The translations under genes were made by a program, and so were the position numbers. Below the pieces are notes generated by a model. The model searched no databases and was not told the DNA's origin. It saw only the letters and a list, made by a program, of their open reading frames with translations. Below, one piece after another: positions 55,641 through 64,000 of a DNA stretch of 64,000 nt. Numbering within the stretch: the first letter of the stretch is position 1; each line of letters begins with the position of its first letter. Source of the stretch: Eledone cirrhosa (lineage: Eukaryota); the NCBI GenBank assembly GCA_964016885.1, contig OZ024741.1, positions 381,734,001 through 381,798,000 on the forward strand, written 5' to 3'.

Positions 55641-58600
55641 TTAAGACTTACGCTACACAACAGAAATGAAATAAAATAACATATATACCTTCTATTGTTG
55701 GAATAAACTCAGTTGAATAGGTGTGTTGTTTTAGTACATAAACAATGCTCAGTTTAATATCAGCATACTAAATGTCATTTCACCCTATTTGTGTGCATCT
55801 GATTATTTTAAAAATATTTATTTAGTAATATATTCAGTGAACCAAATTCACGTTCAAATGATTAAGGTTGGAAATTGGAATTTATTTTCGTAACTTCGTT
55901 CTTTAAATGTGGATGATCTTGTTTTTTACTGAGACGAATACAATATTTTCCACGTCATCATGCATGTACATACTATGGTACTTTCATCGCAATTCAATTA
56001 ATTTCCCATTGAATTTCTTCTTCGATTTAACCAGGATTGCATTGCGTTTGTCATCTATACTTTTACTTCAAAGGAAATTACAAGAGAATATAAGAAAATA
56101 TTTTGTTCATGTCAGTTTTAGTAACCAAAATATATTTTCTGATCCATTCTGTTGCGGAAGAACATATATTTGTATACAAACCCATGCTGCGTAGTATGTC
56201 CTAAAATAAATTTGCTGGTACAATGTCCTAGTTTTTCAACAAATACAGTCAATACTGTTTGCTAATCAATTAATATGATGTAACCGTTCACCGAATTTTC
56301 GAAATATCCATCGTTATTATTGTTTTATTAGTTTATTAACATTTTCATTCCGTTCACTTTCTAGAAAGTAACTTTTGATTGAATAAATTTGTTTTCTAGG
56401 TGAGAGGCGTACAGTGTGCATTTCGATTGGATTAATAGTGCTTTATATTTAACTGTATAGATTTGTATGCATCAGCAGGTTTTGAATTTTTTTTGCTTTT
56501 GTTGTTCTCATTTGTTTAATAAATTGGAGGCGTTTTTTTTATTAAATAACCCAGACCTTTTTTTTATTTCAGTACCAATATAGTTGTAGAGTGATACATG
56601 CCCAACCCTCTTCAGTGGGACTGAGCTCTGAGAAGAAATCGATACGTCTACAAATAAAGATATGGCTGCTTCTGAAGTTATTAATTATATTTCGAATAAT
56701 CACCTGGAACTGATTACAGCCATATCACCGATTATTGAGGACAGTGGTTATTTCGTTTTTTACAATTACACTTCTTTTTGTTTAAGACTCTATGTAGTAC
56801 CAATGTTGTTTCCTACTTGCATCTTTCTATTTATATCGACACTTGTTCACTCTGCATTAGAAGTTGCACTCTATATATAATGAATTCTGACATCTGTTAT
56901 ATATATTGTTCATATCTAAGCTCTGCAATTCACTTAAACTTTCTTTTTCTCGTGTTACAATTCTATTTTAAATTCCGATGACTTTATAATTATCACATTT
57001 TTTGTTCATGTCTTCAGTATTTAAATCAAACCTGGCTCTTATGCAATACACGTTTCATTTTTCTCTTTAATTTTCGTGTCTCTGTCTTATAAAATCCCTC
57101 TATGTCAACGCTTGCGTATGGGAAATTCTGGTCTAATTATTGGATTACAGTGGCCTTGTCCAATTTAATGCTCTAATTTTAAAACATAATTGTTACATTT
57201 GTTTGGTTTCATCCTTAATAATATATCATTGAATTTTTGAAGAATTTTTCTCATTGACAGTGGTAGTTAGTATACACAGATGATATCTGACTATGTCTAT
57301 TTTGTAAAAGTGTCTTAAGGTGTATATATGTTTTAATCTCCTAACATAATTTTAAAGTAGATATGTTGAATTTTGATGCAGTTATATAGGTAGTATAGTT
57401 AGCGGAGCCATTAAAACGACGATCATAATCCCTACTGATATTCTGTTATGATTCATTACAATTTAAGTCAGCTTTGCTTGCTTTTCATCTTTGCGGAATA
57501 TTTAAAATGAATTATGGGGATTACTAGGAATAGATTAAACAAATATATCCATCCCTCAATAATACCCTCTTGCTTGTAACGTAGGTATTTGGGTTGATTG
57601 TATTTAGCTATTTGTACTTTATGTTAGCAACTAAAATCCAACCAACCATTGCATTAACTGTCTTATTGCACTGGTCGATAACATTGTACCAGTCAACATT
57701 GATTGTAATTCACATCTTCGTTAGAGTGTGTGACCTTGGGTAATATATAGAAATGATTATTATAAAACGTCTGTAAATTCTATATTGAAATTAAAAAAAT
57801 AAATTCTATTATGATGCTATAATGAGAATATTTTATAATGAAAGGTGTGGCCTTCATAATTCCCCATCTCTTACTCTCTCTTTTTTACTTTCAATTTCTA
57901 CATCTTTCTCGCTTATTTCCCCTCTCAATCTCGTTTTGTTGACCAATTTTGGGTTTTTTTCTTTCCTGTTTCTTTGTTCATCTGTGCTCATGTCTGCTTA
58001 TATTTCAAAGCATATGATATTAAAATGTAGAAACCGGTGATTAATGAGTGAAACAAATTAAAACATTCGGAAATAATCAATATAATGGGAATATAATTGA
58101 AATATAATATGTTTTAATCAAATTCCTCATAAAAACGGGAGTGTTTAGAACAGCAATTCAAATTCATTAAACAATAACAACAGTAACATATGTTGTATCA
58201 GCAAAGAACATTTGGAATAACAACACAAGAACGCCCATATATAAAAGATATAGAAATTAATAAAATATCTAAGAGTCAACTTTTGATCCAGTCTCTTGAT
58301 ATGAAGTATGTGTCTGGTCAAAATATGTATTTCCTCATTTCTTTGTATATATATATATCTATATATAAATAACTACATGTCAGTTGGATAAAGCTATTTT
58401 GTAATAGGCAGGAAACATTGTATAATAAATAATTAATTTAAATACCTGGTGATATACAATACATTCCTGCCTATGGATATGCAAATGAAAATTAATTCAA
58501 TACGAATTCATGACCCAAAATATGTAGAGGACGTCGTATTTGATTCAACTTCTGCTTTCGTTAACGAGATCAGTATCTCAAAGATTGAATGATTTAAAGT

Positions 58601-58938
58601 CATTCATCATTAACCTTCCTCATGGATGCGTTAATTATAACCTAATACTCATCTTTGGCACTTACGATGAGAAAACTTTACAACAACGGCATATTAGTTC
58701 TTTTTGACAATATGTCGTACAAACACGAACATATCAAGGCAAGTTTTGCATGATACCTTATCTAAAATAGACGAGTGAATATCTATTATTTACAGCTTCT
58801 CATAATATTTTAAATTGGCAATCAATATATAAAGGTCAGTGCAAATTCGAAGAGCAGAACATAGAATAAAAGATATTTGATATGGCTCAAGTAATTTCCC
58901 CATTAGAATACTTCTACTGTAATTGAACTAATTCTCCG

Positions 58939-59014
<76 letters not shown>

Positions 59015-59017
<3 letters not shown>

Positions 59018-59108
59018 ACTAGAACTGTTTCATTCATTAGAAATCATCAGGAATCTGATTCCTGATGATTTCTAATGAATGAAACAGTTCTAGTCCTGTA
59101 GAATCTCA

Positions 59109-59112
<4 letters not shown>
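59015..59112. mobile_element. Inverted, truncated copy of the palindromic HHR element
   Basis: Same palindrome with central T59056 instead of A (opposite orientation), embedded in (TA)n. Confidence 0.8.
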
Positions 59113-59153
<41 letters not shown>

Positions 59154-59188
59154 ATGTGTGTGTATGTGTGTGTTTTGTCTGTTTACGC

Positions 59189-59478
<290 letters not shown>

Positions 59479-59479
59479 G

Positions 59480-59659
<180 letters not shown>

Positions 59660-61166
59660 AACAAACAATATATTTGTATGTATATATATATCCCAATTAT
59701 AGGATACATCCAAATGTTTACTGTTGAATAATACCATGTCGTCGTCATGCTATATAAATACACACTAACCTGTCTGTACTTTCAGAAGGAGTATTACATT
59801 GTTTCATCACACACCATTTGATTGATCTGTATTGTATGACAAGAGATTATCTCGTATTTCAAAGGAAAATATCTACATGTATTTTACTTGGTGTAGTACC
59901 ATATGTATTACAAATTATAATTGACTAAATTCAAGCAATCATAATTAATTAGGTATTTTTTATTTTTCAATCCGTAGAATAGGATAATGTCGATATCCCA
60001 CACATGTAGGCCTGCTTTATTACATGATGGTTTCTGTTTGGAAAATTATTGGCAGAAACTAATTTAAAATTTGATAATAGAATATTTCGAGGAAACATTG
60101 GAAGAGGAACCATAATTATGGAAATGATGCATGTATTACTCCATGCAAGCCACGTAGAAAACAATGTAGTAATATTGGACGAAAAATAGTGTGTATACTG
60201 CATTATTTGTAGCTAATTGGTGAGAAACATATTTCAAATATCAGATAACAACTTGTGTAGATGCAACTGTTATAATGTCCAGCGATATAATCATATGAGT
60301 ACCTGAAGTAGAGCACTAGAAAAATGTTTGGATAACATACATACGTACGGTTGGTTTCACTTGGGCATCCAACAAACATTTGAAGATGTTTCTGATGAAT
60401 TCGTGGGCGAAATAGAAACAAGAAGTGTATTTCGTAGTACTCCCATGGATTGAATTCCCTCAGGTTTGTTGCCATTTATCAAAGTTAAATCAACAATAGG
60501 TGTTCAAACCATTATACAACGTTATACTATATGTACATGACATGACACACAATAATGCTAAAGCGGTTGATATTATCATAGTTCTTCTGACTTGGCTTTA
60601 TATTATATAAGAAATACCGTCAGCTTATGTGTATCGAAATATGTACTTCTTAAAACCCACATCTGTAAAGGTATCCACCAAATATTGTTTATGTAATCAG
60701 GAATTCAACCATATTAGCTTTAATTTTGGGCCATTGGTTCTCAACCTTTCCCCTTATGACAGCATTCATAAAATATGTTGCATTCAATAGAGGTGACTAA
60801 GTTCTATTTATAACGTCCTTCCAAATGAGATTTGAAAAGAAAAATGAAGTTGACGCTTGTACCATAATTAGCAAAGAAGAATGCACAAAAACATTATCTC
60901 CGACATAACTTTTAAAAATAGTAGTTTTCTTAAAACAAGCTGTTGTTTGTTATATTACAACAACCGTCTTATAACTATTGAACTAAATAGAAGCAATGTT
61001 GTTGGAAATACTGTAATATTTGAAAGTAATTTTTCTGCATGAGGACATATAATTTATATATATACAAACACATACACACACACACACACACATGCGCACA
61101 CACACACACCCACATACATACACAAACAAATACACAAACACATACATATATATATATCATCATCAT

Positions 61167-61257
<91 letters not shown>

Positions 61258-62479
61258 CATATGTATATATAATATATATAGTTTTTAATTTTCGTTGGTA
61301 ACAGAAGAGTTTAGAATGGTTATGTAAACGTTAATGCATTAATGAAATGCCATCTTACTGGATGGATCACTCAACATATAGAATTGTATACAGCGAGATA
61401 ATATTCCAGGTGTTAATCGTTGGCTATTTTTGCAGATTCCAGCAATTCGGTGACTACGATAACTAATGTGATAGGAAAAAATATATAAGGCGTGATTATA
61501 AAAGTATATTATTTATTTCTGCATTTTTACAAGTTTCATTGTGGTATGTCACTGTCGACCTGTGTGTAAGGGAATAGTGATATATTCGATAATTTCCGCA
61601 CTACATTAGACGTTTTAAAGTCACCAATACATCGGAAAATGTGTAATTCCTAGATATTTTTATAGTGGAGACAGTAAGAAGGAGTGATTATAATGTTGAC
61701 TGATGGGTGTCCAACAGTCTCTGGTTGTACATATATAGTACCTGCCATAGAGTATCTTCAAGCCAAGAAGGAATAAAAGTCATACATCTATTTAGTATAA
61801 CTTGAATCCACAAGGTCATTTACAAATAAGTTTAAAGGCATGGTGTTAGCATGTTTAAAGAAGAGGTCTAATAAATTCTCTAAGTGTTATTGTTATTAGA
61901 TTGGCAGTTGTAATTAAGGGTGAAATTAAGAATAACTATTTGGCGGCTACTGTCATATGTAATAAAGATTGGGCTGTTAAAGTAGATAATAATTTCCAAT
62001 ACTAGGTTGTGGTTATAATTAGAGAAGGATTTTAGGTAATTCTCTAATCATAACCCTATCAAAGCTGCAATGTAATATATTCCATAACAACTTCTGAAAT
62101 ACGGGGGCATGTGAGCGTCAAAACACCCTACCTGATCAGTTATTTCTGGCGCCACAGCTGAATAGCGGAAGTTCCATCCCCAACCCAAATCAACAGTATC
62201 AGCGCCACAGAATGTTGTTGAGGAAACCTAGTTGTCTAGTTGGTAGCATCTAGCTACCTCCAGTAGATCCTACTCCTTACCTGTAAATGTTGGGGTGTTC
62301 CAGGTTTCAATTTTCAATATTTTCTCCATGCCGAACCCTCTTTGGGGTCTCGGGATATGCAATCATTGTGCGCCCATCCCAACCATTACAGGACAATTCG
62401 TAAGCCAGTCGCCAATACATGTCCTTTTTAACCCGCACGAAGAACGTTAGAGTATATAGCGGAACTGTCAGACTTTATG

Positions 62480-63200
62480 AAGACATTCTTCTCGTACAGG
62501 TATATCCTTGAATATACATGGTATACAGGGAATAACGGACAGAGATCACTAATTCATTTTGTTATTCTGAGTGATCTCTACGATTTTGTGTTGGATGTTC
62601 GTGATAAGTGAGGCAATATGCTGTTAACTGAGGAACATCTAGTTATCTGCAATTTGAGACTAATTAATAGAAAAGAAGCCTACAAAACTGGCAGGTCCGG
62701 GATCACTACATGGTAATGTGGGAAGCGTTCGTGGGTAAGGAAGTTAGGACTAGGTATGCAGATTCCATTGCATCTAAAGATGTCAAATATGCCATCCTAA
62801 CAAAGAGAGAGGCCTACAAAGCTTCATTGTAAATAAATCCTCTTTCTTTCATTTGCGGGTCAAGCAGAGACGCAGAATCGCAGCAGGGACAGTAAAGGTG
62901 TCCAAAGTTAAGATATGGGAGGACTTTGGGATCAAGATAGAATCCGACCTCAGATCAGCAAAGGTATTTTCCCTGTTAAGAACGAAAACAGTTTTTTATT
63001 TTTTTTATTTTTGGCAAAGGCGGTCGAAAAATCGCTCGGTATGCAAATGTAGTTAATAAGCCGATGTATGCATTTGAGAATACGATGTATTCTCAGCAGT
63101 TACAGGGGGTAGCAGTGACGATAATACACAAACTTGATAAGAAGCAAAAACTCCGAAACAATTATCAATGGTTTTCCCTCATCTACCGCTGGAACAAAGG
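62480..63200 (+). mobile_element. Degenerate RTE LINE fragment (APE end and linker)
   Basis: SLIHFVILSDL..VLDVRDK*G..L.TEEHLVICNLR, and VKVSKVKIWEDFGIKIESDLRSAKVF. Confidence 0.7.
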
Positions 63201-63302
63201 GATGACGTTGGTCATCGAACACATGGCGTTTATGAGGTTGTCTGCTTGCAAACAAACCGAATATTGATAATATTATGATATTATTATATTATAATTATCC
63301 AG

Positions 63303-63490
63303 GGCGGTGGATTGGCAGTATCGGTAGATGGTCGGACGCCATGCTTTACACGCATAGAGTTACGGCCCTTACCATTCTGAGTTAAAATCCCGCCGAGGTT
63401 AACTTTGCCTTTCATCCTTACGGGGTCGATAAAATGAAGTACCATTAATAGACTGGATAATTGCTGGCCTTGTGGCAAACGTAGAAACAA
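63303..63490 (+). mobile_element. SINE family A, full length
   Basis: ggcggtggattggcagtatcggtag...ttgcctttcatccttacggggtcgataaaat...ggccttgtggcaaacgtagaaac. Confidence 0.9.
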
Positions 63491-64000
63491 TTATATTATC
63501 ATTATCCTCTCACGTATACATTTAGGTATCTATCCACCACGTTCAGAGTGAAAATAAATTTATATATATATATATATATATACACACGTTCAAACACACA
63601 TATGCTTATACAATATGATTTAAACAAAATCTAGATATTTCTTTCTATATCCCAAGACATAACGTTTCATCTCATCTCCTTACGCTTCAACAACTAATTA
63701 CAATTAATCTTTTCTCATGTTTTCCTTCTCAACAGCAGATTTCACTAACCTGTCAACTCTGTCTTTACCTCAGACACACGTGTTTCCATTCACCATCTCA
63801 AAGTGGAATCATATAACTATTGATCTTTCACTTCAAAAGTTAATTTCTTCACAGACAGAAGATGCGATAATATTCAACATTTTATTCCTATTGCCTGGAT
63901 GCTTTATTATGTTTTAGCTTTAATTGTCGAGCTGATCTTATCATGGAACAGGTGTTTTATACTTCTCTCCGCTTTTAAATACTATTTTATTTACAATATA

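Overview
AT-rich, microsatellite-dense eukaryotic DNA. The SINE family and repeat landscape suggest an octopus or other cephalopod genome (inference). No intact host gene is recognisable, and nearly all ORF-track hits are microsatellite or antisense noise. The window is a mosaic of transposon remnants: Penelope-like elements (PLEs), CRE, CR1, Tx1, RTE and RNase H-bearing LINEs, a near-intact Dong/R4 retrotransposon, a mariner, a non-autonomous Helitron and about ten tRNA-derived SINEs. The main unannotated signal is a set of minimal type I hammerhead ribozymes (HHRs) from several unrelated non-coding families, all next to (TA)n tracts. These are a 470-bp retrozyme-like tandem/inverted array with three intact HHRs (29.55-30.85 kb), a 119-bp perfect palindrome with back-to-back HHRs present three times (23.3 and 59.0-59.5 kb), and HHRs with 80-90 nt stem II insertions. 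Two other retroelements also sit inside specific microsatellites: Tx1 in (GATA)n with a 12-bp TSD, and Dong in (AAT)n.
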